Assembly: GCF_036321535.1 (NCBI RefSeq)
Contig: NC_087436.1
Coordinates: forward strand, 46,068,001-46,132,000
Source of the DNA: Camelus dromedarius
Lineage: Eukaryota
DNA length: 64,000 nt
Direction: 5' to 3'
The first letter of the stretch is position 1, and each line of letters begins with the position of its first letter. The notes under the pieces were generated by a model that ran no database searches, was not told the origin of the DNA, and was given only the letters and a program-made list of their open reading frames with translations. The translations under genes were made by a program, and so were the position numbers. This document shows positions 51,086-64,000 of this stretch, piece by piece.

Positions 51086-52788
51086 CTCCTCCATTGTTGA
51101 TGCTAATAAACCCCTCTGGGGCTGCTGAAGTTTTAGCTCATAAATGAATTTATTTTGTCTTATATTTCTTCCCCTCCCCCCGTTTCTTTTTTCCCCCAGC
51201 ATTTAAAAAATTTTGTTTTTAACCCAAAGTTTCTGGGTATTTTGCAGCAGAAACATATTTCATATTTTCAGGCTACGTAGTTCATATTCCTAGATACTGA
51301 ATCTTCATTATTTCTTACCATCTTTCTTGAGGCAGAGGCTGGGTGGAAAAGGTCTGAATATATATTTTTTAAACACTTTGGAAGAATATTGCCAAAGTTC
51401 TCCTTGAAAGATTATACCAATTTACATTCTCACCTGCAGTTAATGGATGTGCCCCTCTTCTTGAACTCTTATTGGCTTCTGTACAATCATTTTTTAAATT
51501 CCAGTTTTATGGGCTAAACTCATATCTCATTATTTGAATTTTCATGTAATAAAATTTATTTAAAGTGTAATGAGTTTGAACACATTTTCCAAGTTATATT
51601 GGTCATTTGAGTTCTTTTTTATCTTTCTTGCTTTTTTAATTACATAATACATTGATTTCATTTTCATGATATATAACTCAACCTACATGGAAATATACAA
51701 ATATATGTTAATATATGGTGTTAGCCATAGCAGTATTTTTCCATAGTTAACACATTATTTAAGCTGCCATTCATTAAAAGTCTACTCCTTCTGTATTGAT
51801 TACAAAAGGGCTTCACTAATCCTAAACCCTTGTGTAGTATTGCATGTATCATAGAATTTAGAATCTGTTTCATTAACCTATCTGTCTAGTATTAGGCCAG
51901 AACTACCTTGTATAGTTGTATTTGCTCAGGAGTTTTAAATGCATTCTTTATTCTTTTGCTGCATAATTCTGAAACTGGAAGTCTAAATCTAATTACATTA
52001 AATTTATAAATGAAATTTAGAAGATTTGAAATTTTACAACATTAATTCTTCCCACCTGAGAACAAAGTACTTGACTCCATTCATTTGCCACGACTTTTAT
52101 ATTCCCCAGTAAAACTTTGTGTTTTTCTGCATGTCGGCACTGCATATTTCTTGTTAAGTTTACTCCAATGTATTTGGAATTTATAGCCCCTTCCCCAGTG
52201 ATTAGATTACTTTATTGTGCTCTTTCGACTTTTTCATGTTATATCACTCAGCATCCCTAGGTTCCCCTGCCGTTGGAGTAGTTGACGGGAATGCCATAGG
52301 TCTGATGGATATTATTTATTCTCCTTGGGCTTGAACTGACCACCTCATAGTCTCCTTTTATGGCCTGTAGAGAGCTTACAGTGACCCACTGCTGGAGCAA
52401 GGACCAGGACCCGCAGTAGCTCTCCTTCACTTACATAAACAGCTAACTGGTTGGCTGCCAGCTTTCTCGTGCCCCAGCCCCAGAGAGCTCACCACTTGTG
52501 CTTCTGATCCCTGCTTGAATATCTGATTCCAGGCCCTTCCTTCCTCACAGGGTTTATCCCCACAGGGCTTATCTGCACTCAGGGCCCCCTGGACAGCCCT
52601 AGAAAAAAGGCAATTGCTTATTTCCATTTGAACCCAGAGAACTGTTCCTCTATCGAATAAGCATCTACATAGGATCACAAATGTAAGTCAGCTGGTCCTT
52701 AATCAGAAAATTTTAAAAAGAAAGAAAAACAAAGACAATAGCCCTTTTCTCTTGAAGCTCTCTATACCATGCACTCTCCAAGTGCTTT

Positions 52789-53347
52789 CATTTTTAAAGG
52801 TAAAATAAAATCTTTTATTTAACATTTCTTCTTTTTCATTTTTTTAAGAATTGTAGTAAAATATACATAACCAAATTTACCATCTTAAACATTTTTTAGT
52901 GTACAGTTCAGCAGTGCTAAGTACATGCACATCTTTGTGTAACCGACCCCCAGAAATTTCTCATCTTGCAAAACTGAAACTCTATATCCACTGTACACCA
53001 GCTACCCACTTCCCCCTCCCCCCAGCCCTGGCAACCACCATTCTACTTTATTTTTCTGAGTCTAACTACTCTTGATACCTCATATAAGTGAAATCAGACC
53101 ATATCTGTCATTTTATTTCATTTAGCAGAATGTTCTCAAGGTTCATCTGTCATAGCATGTGTCAGAAGCATGTTCCTTCCTTTTTAAGACAGAATAATGT
53201 ATCACTGCTTGTATATACCACATTTTATTAATCAGTTCCTCCATGGATGAACATTTGAATCGCTTTTACCTTTCGGCTATTGGGAACAATGCTATGAACA
53301 CAGGTGTACAAATCTCTCTGTGAGACATATGCTTTCAATTACTTTCT
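52789..53347 (-). mobile_element. L1MB-like 3' end inserted in a MIR
   Basis: aattgtagtaaaatatacataaccaaatttaccatcttaa...cccagccctggcaaccaccattctact. TSD core aagtgcttt at 52780-52788 and 53348-53356. MIR resumes to about 53460. Confidence 0.8.
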
Positions 53348-55158
53348 AAGTGCTTTACTAGATTTATCTCATTTAATCTTTACTACAACTTTATGAATCA
53401 GGTATTATCAATATCCCAGATTTACAGATGTGAAAACTGAGGCACAAAGAGGTTAAGTAGCTCTAGAACTTCCATGTTTAATGCCGCACTAGACTGTTTT
53501 CCAAAAGAGACACCTAGGTATCTTATACCAAGAAATGGAAATCAGAGAAATAAAAATCATGTTTGCATTGGTTATTTATAAAATAAGAAGTAGGCATCAA
53601 TGTTTTATCATTTGTCGTATTTGAAGGGCAGTATGGTAAAAAATAATATTCAGGTTATTTCTATTCCAGCAGAATAAATTATAAAGTTGAGTTATCCAGA
53701 TAATTCAGGAAAATATCCTGCTTTTGAGTTGCGCATCCAATCAATTTGCTTTGATATGAGTAATCTAGAGAGGCTATTTCTTATATTCAAAATTAAATAA
53801 GCTCTCAATTTCTTGTCTGTATAAACACAGCCATAATGAGATAGAAATGATGCAAATTAAAAAGGAATAGAGATGACTGGTCTGTGAAAATGTCATGAAA
53901 TGCCTCCGAATTTAAACTATGAATATTGACAAGCATTACTTTTAAGGTATATCTTACACTAAGACGTCTTATACAATGATTTGAAATATTGCTCTAGGAA
54001 GGAAAAATGAGCCTGAATAACAGACTTTTCATGGTTAAACAGGCAGTGTGGCATGGAAAAACTGGTGATGGAGTCATTCCATGATCTGTGACTTGGTGAT
54101 GCCTTAACTTAGGCACATTTTGTACATACTTTTATAGTATAAATTCCAAAATCTCAAGAGAAATGTAAAAATGTGTTTGGGGGAATTTTTTTTAATGAGT
54201 TGTCTATAAAGTGTGTGTGGGCGTGTATTGCATATATATTGATATTTTTTCTTTTCCATTTTTTTTCAACTTAGCTGCAAGTTAAAATTACCCATCTTCT
54301 TTAAGGATCAGAACACTGCTGTATTCTCAGGATCAAGAAATAAGTAGTTTTATTTCCTGCCCTCCGAAATAAATTATTGGAGTTGTTTTTCTAAGCTAAA
54401 TTGTATTTTACTTCCTTTGAGATTTTTTTTTAAGTACTGGACATTTTTTTTTCAGTTACAGTAAAATTTATATCCCGCAAACATCTTTCTTTAAAAAAAT
54501 GTAAAGTCCTTTCTAGAGATAGAAATCATTGAATACTTTTATTCCACAAAATTATCCTCAAGATAGATGAAGAATGTTTTACTAAGCCTGATGAGTTTTG
54601 GCTGTACAAAGATATATGCAGCGGTGGATAAATGAAGAAAATACTTGAGGAAATTAACAAATGGCTTCAATTTGAAAATAAGTAAAGCAAGCCCTACTAC
54701 AGCGGGAAATACAGAGATCAGAGCTGAGGTTTTCATGATTGCTGCTCTACACTGATCACATATGGTGGGACTCAGGGTGAAAGTATGGTTATCTCACCAC
54801 AAAGATGTAGATGATAACATATAATAACATTAAAAGTCGGGTTTCTTCTGGCTATGTGGCAGAAACCCAACTTAAATTTGTTGAGACATAAAGGTGATCT
54901 TAATTGCTCATTGAGTCCTAGATAGGACTGAATAGACAAAGCTGGGGCCTCAGAAACAGCTGAAACCATGGCTTCCGTTGCTGCAATAACTCCGTCTTTC
55001 TCTGAAAGTCCGCTTCTCTCTCTTTCCCCGTAGACTCCTCCACGTGGCAGGAAGCACAGTCCACTGACAAACCCTAAAACTTCCTCCATTAACCACTGGA
55101 GCAGACACTGTTGCTGTCCTAGCCGTGTCTCCTCAGCCCATCCATGAGGTCATCTACA

Positions 55159-55580
55159 GTTGGGGAACTGCTCGCCTGTCTGTCCCAGACTTCCTACCTC
55201 AATCACCTGCATCTTTCTGCCTGAGGACAGTGGCTTGGTGGACGGGGATGGGATAGCAGGTAGGGCAGGCCAAAAGTGCCAGGTGGTCAGTAAGCCCAGG
55301 AGTAGCCTTCAGTCAAAGAGGGATGAGAATTGGTGCATAAATACCTTACTTTCCTCATTCTTTGGGGGGACAGTTCTGAGTTTTCTTTTATAGGTGTCTT
55401 AGAGGACCCCAGCAGGACTCGACACCTTTTAGTTTTGCTTCCTTCCTTCCCTGTCTCATTTCTACACTCTCTTACTATGCTTCCTTGGATCATCTCCCAA
55501 ATAAACTACTTGTACCCAAATCCTTGTTTCAGAGTCTCTTTTTTTTGGTTGGGGGGTAGGGGAGGATCCAGAGTGAGACA
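55159..55580 (+). mobile_element. ERVL LTR16-like element within an old MLT1 fragment
   Basis: Ends tcatctcccaaataaactacttgtacccaaatccttgtttcagagtct...gagaca, typical of the LTR16 3' end. Confidence 0.6.
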
Positions 55581-55934
55581 ACCACCAAAGAATAACTGAC
55601 TTAGGTTTCTTTTGAGACCCAGTGCAAGAAGCATGGATTTAATTCTTAGATTGGACCATTCTGGGTCAAGTGCTTACCCATGGGCAGTAGCAGTCATGGG
55701 GGCAGGGACATGGTAGCTATAACATGGGTAGAATAGGGGATAAAGTACTTGGAGTCAAGGCTAAAGGGAGTGGAGAGAAGGAGCAGGTCTAAGATACAGG
55801 AGGACATTATTTGTAGAAGATAGGATATATTGGGATGATGCTTTGGTTGGGTATGTAAAACAATAGGTCTTTACCCATATGGTAGTTAATAGCATGTTTT
55901 ATAAAAATGTTTGTTCTGAATCAATTTTTCTTGG

Positions 55935-56610
55935 TAACTTCGTTTTAAAATAATTTCAAACCTACAGAAAAGTAACAAGAATAGTAGGAGGAACTATCAC
56001 ATACCTATTGCTCAGATTTACCAAAAGTTTATGTTTTGTCCCATTTCTCTTTAAATTTTTTTTATTGGATACAACATTGACATACAACATTATATTAGTT
56101 TTAGGTGTACAATATAATGATTTAGTATTGGTATATGTCCCATTTGTTTTTATAATATTCTCTATTTATACATACATACCTACATATACTCACATATGTC
56201 TTTATGTGTATAGATACATACTCTCTATATGCATGTATGTGTAAAAATGTATATTCACATGTTTTTTCTCTGAACCATTTGAGAGTGTGTTAGAGGTATC
56301 ATACCCCTTTACCCTTAAATACTTCAGTGTGTTTTTGCTAAGCATAAAGAATTCTCTTACACAAATTTAAGTACAGTCATAAACCCAGGGAATTTATGAT
56401 TGATTTTATACTATTATCTAATCTACAGTCCATATTCAAATTTTAGCAGTTATTTCAATAGCATCCTTTATAGCTATTTTCTCCCTAGTCTAGGATCCAA
56501 TCTGGAAGCACATATTGCATTCGATTGTCGAGTCTCTTTACTCTCTTTTAATCTGCAACAGTTTCATCAACCTTTCTTGGCCATCAACCTTGACATTTTT
56601 GAAGAGGGCA
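55935..56610 (-). mobile_element. L1MC-like 3' end with a nested ~90-bp L1 tip (56047-56135)
   Basis: aaataatttcaaacctacagaaaagt...cccttaaatacttcagtgtg...; TSD tgtcccattt at 56037-56046 and 56136-56145. Confidence 0.7.
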
Positions 56611-57511
56611 AGCCAGGATGTGCTTTAATTACAAAACCAATATATTTTAAACCGGCGGGTATGTGGGAAATGGAGAGAGAGATGGCAGCGGGCGGGGCCC
56701 CACAGAGAGCCCTGACAGTCCCTTCATTAACTTTGAGGTGGCTTCCATTCTCCCTTATATCTAGCTCAGGATAGACTAAAACATGAAAGAGAAGGTTCTT
56801 TGATTTAAGCTAGACAATGCAGGATTATTGGAATATGTTGGAACATGTGGATGTAATCAAAATGTCAGTGATGAATTCTTCAAATCATTTTTTTTAATAA
56901 TACTGTTCAAAGGTGGTCTCCAACCAAAACTTCTACACAGTGAGTGGACATGTTTGAATATATCATAGAAATTTATAGCTAAGTGGAGCTAGATATTATT
57001 GAGTGTATTTTGCAGAACGAGAACTTCAGATTTACTGAACTTAAGAAATGTGACTATGGCAGTCAGTGGAAAGCCAAGATCAGATCCCGCATCATCCTGA
57101 TTCCTTGCCCAGTGCTCCTTTTTACTCGGCCCCGAGTGATCACAGCTATGTTACTTACTATAGTTGTCATCTTAAATCCCATTTGTGATTTGGTGGTAAT
57201 CCAGTTTTCAATGTGTTTGATTCATTGCTTTACTAAACAAAACAAATGAAGCCTCACCGGTAAAGTTCTCACTTTAAGGTCTACTACCTAAAAAGCGTTA
57301 CTAAAATTAGCAGCTGTTTTGTACCTCAAAACATTCATTCTGCCAACAGAAATGCCTCCATAACAAAAGTGAACAATTATCTTGACATATTAACTTCTGA
57401 TGTTTAAAGTTTTGTATTTTAGTTATGGTTTTTAAGAAAAAAAAGGAGTCTCCATTAACCGTTCTAATTTAAGAACAATGCACTCCAAAGGAATGTAGAC
57501 TGGTTCCTTTC

Positions 57512-57965
57512 TGCTGGGCTGCACCTCGCAGGTCTACACAACCTTTCCTGGCTCAGCTTCAAGACCCAAGAAAGAGCCTGGAGTCAGTGACAGAGATGTC
57601 AGTGGTTTAATGGAATGGGGAGCTCACTTGTCTGAAGCAAGGTCCTGGAGCAACACCCAGTCCGTGTTGGGCAGGGGGCGGCAGGCATATCCAGGTGGCA
57701 GGCTTCACTCCCAGGGGCAGGGGCAGGGTTGGTTAGCAGTTAAAGGGGGAATTGACATCAGGTTTGCTCATCAGTTACCAGGGAAACTAGCAGAGGGGCA
57801 CGCCTCTCACCACCCCTTTGATAAGAACAATCGCCAGCTAGGGCAGGGGCAAGTATGTAGGAAGGTCAGCTATGTGAGTAGGTGCAGGTGAAGCAGGCGC
57901 TGGTCGAGCAGGGGATGAGCAGACAGCAAAAGAACAATCACCTTGAGGGGCCTGACGACCATACA
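57512..57965 (-). mobile_element. ERV solo LTR, apparently lineage-specific
   Basis: TG...CA termini, 454 bp, GC-rich relative to flanks. ATTAAA on minus at about 57605-57610. 5-bp flanks ctttc/ctctc. Confidence 0.65.
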
Positions 57966-60900
57966 CTCTCGTTAGTGACAAAAATGGTGACACAGAGCTC
58001 TCATCTTCAACAGAGAGAAATGGTTAAAAGACAGTCTGGTGTAGCAGGAAGAGCATGAGCTCTAATTAGCCAAATCGAGTTTCAAATTCTGCAGCAGACA
58101 GTACCAGCAGTATGGCTGGGGCAAATTCAGTAATCCTGAGCTTCAGATTCCTCATCTATGTAATGGGAGACATTATATCAGTTATTTGACTCTCCGGTAC
58201 TGTAACTTCATACGCTTCAGGATGACAGAAAGATGCCTTAAAGTGTTTGACATGGTGGAAGTACTCAATTATGATTATTTTCAGCTGGGTAACTGCCCAA
58301 GTCCTGTGCTATAAGTAAGTACTAAGGAGCATCATTATAAGGTGATCCCACCAGCTGGTGCAAAAAATAATTCAAGATTGTCATAAACAGTCCATACAGT
58401 TATCCTTTAAACATGTTTTGCCTGAGATTTGGGGTTAGCATTTAGCAACAGTATTATATTTCTCAGTCTCACTTTTCTGGGGAGTTAGTTGCACTAAAAC
58501 AAAGAAAACATACATTCTTCAAAGCTGCTCCATATTTTAATTTTCATCAGTTTTCACCAGCATGAAAATGTTTGGGGATGGAGGTCCTTATAGCAGGGCT
58601 TGTTCTGCACTCCCCTTGGGAGTGTTCTGCACTGTGTTCACGTATTCCTTTCTTAATTGAAAACATGACCCAGGTGTCCTTGATATGTTAATGAATCTAC
58701 ACGTGGAAAGGAGATTTCTTGAAATTTTAATGCATCTCTATGTTTTTAATTTTTCTATTAGTTTTCTCATCTCTAAGGCAAATTTGTAAAATAAACTTCA
58801 TAGCCTTTCACAGGAATATTCGTCCCCTATTTGGAGTCGGCAATGTCAAGGAAAGCATGAATTACAAAGGTCTGAAATGGGACCTATAATGGAAACTACC
58901 ACTCAAATACATAAAGACAGTATTGCAAATGTGAAGCTGACAGTCACTACCCGAACGGATTTCTCCCAAGTCCCATGGAATTGCTCCTCCTTACTCTTCT
59001 CTTCCTGTTTGAACAGAAAAGATACCAACAGCATTAGCAATTATCTGCATGAATCAGTGTTTTTGAGTTTGACGATTTTCTTGGAAAACCATTTTAAAAG
59101 GAATTTATCCAGCACATGAAGATTATAAAATGGCTAATTTGAAAGGAACAGGAGAGCCCACAGGTCCAATTTCCCAGCTGTAGTAGGCATTCTCTCTACA
59201 GTCTAATAGGTGGTCAGCCAGGACCTTTATCATTCAAAATAATAAAATAAGTCATCTTAGGCGAAAAGGTGAATTTTTGTATTTTGGGGTTCACAATCCT
59301 TTTTGTTTCATTTTCATCATTGTCTTTCGCAAACAGAAAATACAAACTGAAAGCCATCCACAATACTGTATTAAAAAAGTCTCTACACAAACAAAAGAAG
59401 ACATGTTGTTTTCTCTTCTTCTTTATTGCAACAGTATTTATTCTTTATTTCCCCAAAGGCATATGCACATCCACACACACCAATGAAGAATACACACATG
59501 TTCATATGCTTCATTTCAGGTCACCTCAACTTATTTTCATAAACAGCGTTAACAATATTAAATAAAAATGTGCAGGCGAGACTGCTGAGCCTGGTAATGA
59601 GGACTGGACATTTTACACATGGCAGGCACGTGCTAGATGTAACAGCCTCTCAGTCCCCAGGTGTGATTTACCTATTCTTGCAGGCAGCTCTGGATCATAA
59701 GCTGCACTGAGCTTCCCTCTCCTGGTGTCTATTTCAAAAAGAGCCCAGCAGGTGAAGGGAAAGCTGTAACAGCTGAAAATAGAACCAAGTATGATAAAAA
59801 GTACTAGCAGATTTTGGTGGCATTAAGCTTTATTTCTTGGGGCTCTTATGTAGTTTCTTTTCTGCTTGCTTTTCTATCTTTCCCTTGGGAGACCCTTTGA
59901 CAATCAGCCCTGGTCTGATATTGAGCTTTCCTGCCAAAGGCTATACTGTGCATGGTGGGCGGCAATTTCCGGAAGTGCCTCATTTCCCGCAGGGCTGGTG
60001 CTCAAGGTGGAGGAATGATGGCTAATGGCCGGGAGGGAACAGCTGTCTGTCACATAGTAAACAGGGACGGCTGCAGATCAAGGCTGAGCTGGAACATATG
60101 CAGGCTGCAGGGACAGAGCAGAGCTGCTGAAAATTGAATCCTTCCTCCTAGCTCCCGACCCTATCAAATCACAGAGCAGGAGTTATTCTTGCCGAGCTAG
60201 TGTTCCTAATTTTTATTTCACTCCACACATTTGCTTTTGATTTTACTCAGAGGAACCAAACCAAAAGAAGACCTGAAAAGCAAAGAGATTGGCGTTTTAG
60301 GAGTGCAAAAGTCTCCACTGAAACCTCCCTGATGCTAACAGAATTTGGTTATATTTTCCACAGCTTAGTGTCTGCCTTTGGAATGAATGCTCTTATGCCA
60401 TCTATTATGAAGCGTTGGTTCTACTTTATGGTTACTGTTGATTATATACCAGTGGAACATAAAAATGAAAGACTAAGGTCACTATATGTTTAGTACTTGC
60501 TTTCAGAGATGATTAAAAAAAAACAAAATCAGTGTCCACAGAAATGAAATGTTTAGTCATTTCCTGAGCCTCAATGTGGCCAGAGCAGCCTGTTTTCTTG
60601 GGTTTTAGACACTGCCTACTTTCAGGACTCAAGAAATTCTAGCTATTAATGCTGCTTAGGGTTGGTCCACTTACTTACAGGGCATTTCTATCCATCAGCC
60701 ACGGTTTGTTGATGATTCTTTATGTGCCAGACACTCTACCAGGTACTATGGAGCATTATAAAAAAAAGCAGAAGACATGCACTAAGTCATAAACTCTTGG
60801 GGAGTTTGTGATTTAACCAGAGAACCAGAGAAAACACAAACAAATAGAGACCTGTAAACATAACAGACAAAACAAAACTCAGCTCTATTCCCTACAGTGT

Positions 60901-62003
60901 CATTGGGGCCCTTGGTAATAGAGGTGTTGCTCCTGTGCCAGGGGCACTTGTAGTGTTACTACCGGGTATTCTGGAAATAAAAGTCTTCTTGGTATTTGTC
61001 CTTTCTTGTTCTAAAACTGGTAACTATAGTACCATGGTTTCATAGTTCCTAATTCATAAAGAATGCAGCACAGCTTTGACTGAGAAGTAGGGATGTTCTC
61101 AAGTGTCGAAAATGACGCCTCTATTTGGCAAAGCAGTCAGTCCCAATCATGTAGTGAACATGCTCTGTTTTGGAACTGCATGGCCAGAATAGTGGGTGTA
61201 GGATTCCGAAGCTAGATTTTGTGATCCCATGGATCCAGACTAGGCTTGTCAATTTAGTTAATCCATTCAAGAAACATTTGAGTGCCAACTACCTGTCCAA
61301 AACTTTTCTAGATGTTGTGGATTTAAGAATGAGTGACAAAGAGGCCTTTCTCTCCATGAGCTCATAGTGTGGGTATATGCGGGTGGAGAGGGCAGTGTGG
61401 GTGGAGAGCAAGTCAGCAGAAAATTGCATTAGCAAATGATAATTGCTATAATGACTTTTATAATCTATTTTTGGATTCAGGAGTGAGGTCCTGACAATTG
61501 GTAGCTGTACTGTTACTATATTTTCTGGAGGAAGGGACTTGTGAATTATGGACCCGTTGCTGGGTATAGGTGTCAGAGGATTAAGGAACAAAAAGAGTTA
61601 TGCTTACTGATGGGATTTGGATATTCTGAGGGCAATGAATGTCTCAGTTATGACCGCAGGGTGGAAGAGTCTGTAACAACTACTGCCAGTGCCGGCCATT
61701 TCCTCTCTGCCTTACCATTACAGTAGCCACTGTGGCTGAATTCCGAAGGCCTGAAGGTTTTCTGCGGCAGTGTGGGCAGGCTGGATACACCAGAGGATTC
61801 ATGCCCCCTTCCCCACCTTCCTGTCCCACCAGTAACTAATGGGAGTAGGTGCATGAAACCCCAGTTCCTTCACTCTTCCAGCAGGATAACTCTGAGACTT
61901 GACCCACAGGAGCTCTAAAGAGTGATTAACTGGCAGAAGCTTTTAGTTGATCCTAAACAGTCAGTAAGGTTAATTATGTTAATCCCTGTCCATCCCTCAA
62001 CCT

Positions 62004-62043
<40 letters not shown>

Positions 62044-62265
62044 ATAGTCATTTTACAATGTTGTGTCATTTCTGGTGTACAGCACAATTTTTCAGTCATA
62101 CATGAATATACATATATTCGTTTTCATATTCTTTTTCACTGTGAGCTACTATAAGATCTTGAATATATTTCCCTGTGCTATACATATAAACTTGTTTATC
62201 CATTCTATGTATACCTGTCAGTATCTACCAATCTTGAACTCCCAGTCTGTCCCTTCCCACCCCTA
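62004..62265 (-). mobile_element. L1 3' end with (ATAG)n tail
   Basis: (CTAT)n at 62004-62041, then tatagtcattttacaatgttgtgtca...gaatatatttccctgtgctataca (antisense L1 3'UTR). Confidence 0.8.
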
Positions 62266-63484
62266 TCCCCTAACCCTTCTTAACCAATCCAATTTTTCTT
62301 TCCTTTGCTGGATCCAAACAAGGTAAGGGACTTGCCCAGGTGAATATCCATAGATGAATATTCATGTTTTGAGGGCTAGTCCACAGACTCCTGCTGAGCA
62401 AAGCAGACTTCCACATTGATTTATTTAAAATTTATTTAAATTTTATTTAAAATTCCATAATTGGTCAAATTTTAAACCATGCAGCCTTCTTAGCTACAAA
62501 TACAGATAGATCTGCAGTAGGCCGGTCCATGGGCTGGCCTAAGTGAGGCATCCATTCATTCATTTATTCATTCAAAAAGTACTTATTGAGACTCTACAAA
62601 GTGCCAACTACTATGCTAGGTGTTGTGTAAAGCTGTAAACAAGGTAGATCTAAATTCATCCTTTACTAGGCTTTGCAGGCAATGACTACAGAGATAGCGA
62701 GCAGGAAATTGTGGGAAAAACTGGAGGTACACAATTAATATGTCACACAGAAATGCGGAAACTACAGAAGGGAGAGAGTTATGCCCACGTGGCAGTGGGA
62801 GGAGAAGTTAAGAGAGACACAGAAATAGAAAGCGTGGCAAAGTCATGGTAATGTGAAGACTAGAATCGGCACCCCACGAACCTGCTGACGCACTCAGCAA
62901 GGTAAGTGGGCTGTAAAAGCTGCACTGGATTCTGAAGGATCACCAAATTCCCAGACGCCACATGTCTCTGAAAGCCGGCTCTGTTGTAGGCCCTGCTTGT
63001 CCATGTCTCTGGGGTCCAAGATCCTGGTTTCTTATTTCCTAGTGTATTATTATGATTGTAATGATGATGATTTTATAAAAATCCTTCATTGATTAAGAAA
63101 ACATGTGGCAAATTCTTCTTCATTCCAAAGCCAACTAACACAGAGATGTGAACATGGAATTAAATTCTCCCTTTTAACTGGTGAGGAGCCTGAGGCCCAG
63201 TGAAGCAAAGTGATTTTCTGGTAATGCGAAAACCGACCCCAAACTCACATTTTAGATCTGTCAAGAGCAAATAGGAATAACCTTGATTACTGTGAGGAGG
63301 CCTAGAAACAAGAAAATTTCTTGGGTAGCCAGCATCCTAAACTGGCCTCTGTATAGTTTTCAGACATACTAGACTCACTGTGCATGTTTCACTAAATTTC
63401 ACTGGTCCAACCCATGTTTATCAGTGCCATTCTCTGATCTTCCTGTCTGTTCTTTTGTTTTGTACTACTCCCCATATTTTTAAG

Positions 63485-63645
63485 CCAGTAGCTTTAGCAT
63501 CACCTGGGAACTTGTTAAAAACGTAAATTATAGGGCTCATCCAAAAGCTACTGAACCAGAAGCTCAGGGGTTGGCACTAAGCAATCTGTTTTGCTAACCC
63601 ACCTGGGTGATTCCAATGGCATGTTAGTGTTTGAGAATTACTCCT
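63485..63645. mobile_element. MER5A-like hAT-Charlie fragment
   Basis: agcatcacctgggaacttgttaaaaacgtaaatt...ctactgaaccagaagctc...ggtgattcc...gtttgagaattact. Confidence 0.7.
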
Positions 63646-64000
63646 GTAGGATGAGAAAACGTCTGGTTCCATTTGCAGCAAATACTCAAAGTGTTCCTAC
63701 AGACTCCCATGGAAAGGTTTTTAAGAGAAGAAACACTATATCCTTTAAAAAATTAACCTCTCTGTCTGATGCTTACGAGGCCCGTCTTGCTGTTGTCGGT
63801 GTTGATGAGGATGATGTGCATTTGTATCTGTGTGTGTGTTTCAGTTCTGGGTACATCAGTTCTAGTGGTGGGCTGGTAGATGCTTAACAATCAGCTCTCG
63901 GGAAAAAGAAAAGGGAAGGCCTCATTTATGGAATTTGCTAATTTCTGTGATATAAATACTCCCACTATGGTCTACTTCAAGGTAGCAACATGACATCATT

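Noticed and set aside
52546..52575. 15-bp tandem duplication cacagggtttatccc/cacagggcttatctg, and similar short AT-rich repeats at 62418-62455
   Set aside because: Two or three imperfect copies, consistent with ordinary slippage; no spacer architecture, so not CRISPR-like.

Overview
Mammalian genomic DNA, very probably from a camelid (alpaca or camel), because it carries two Vic-1-type tRNA-derived SINEs and artiodactyl-type L1 3' ends. The only protein-coding gene is the 5' end of SEC24B (COPII coat cargo adaptor) on the minus strand. Coding exon 1 (18133-18007) lies in a CpG-island promoter and coding exon 2 spans 6042-5296; the gene continues off the left edge. About 45 kb of repeat-rich upstream sequence follows (L1, L2, MIR, MaLR/ERV LTRs, hAT transposons) with no supportable coding exons; by human synteny this would be the interval toward COL25A1. 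The most unusual structures are retrotransposition products: a full-length U6 snRNA fused to an unidentified 38-nt sequence inside one target-site duplication (TSD), two L1 3' ends plus a 24-nt orphan tag inside one TSD, and a poly(A)-only insertion. There is also a cluster of CTCF-like motifs at 27.0-28.7 kb. Repeat subfamily names are from recall of consensus sequences, not a database search, and boundaries of old repeats are approximate.
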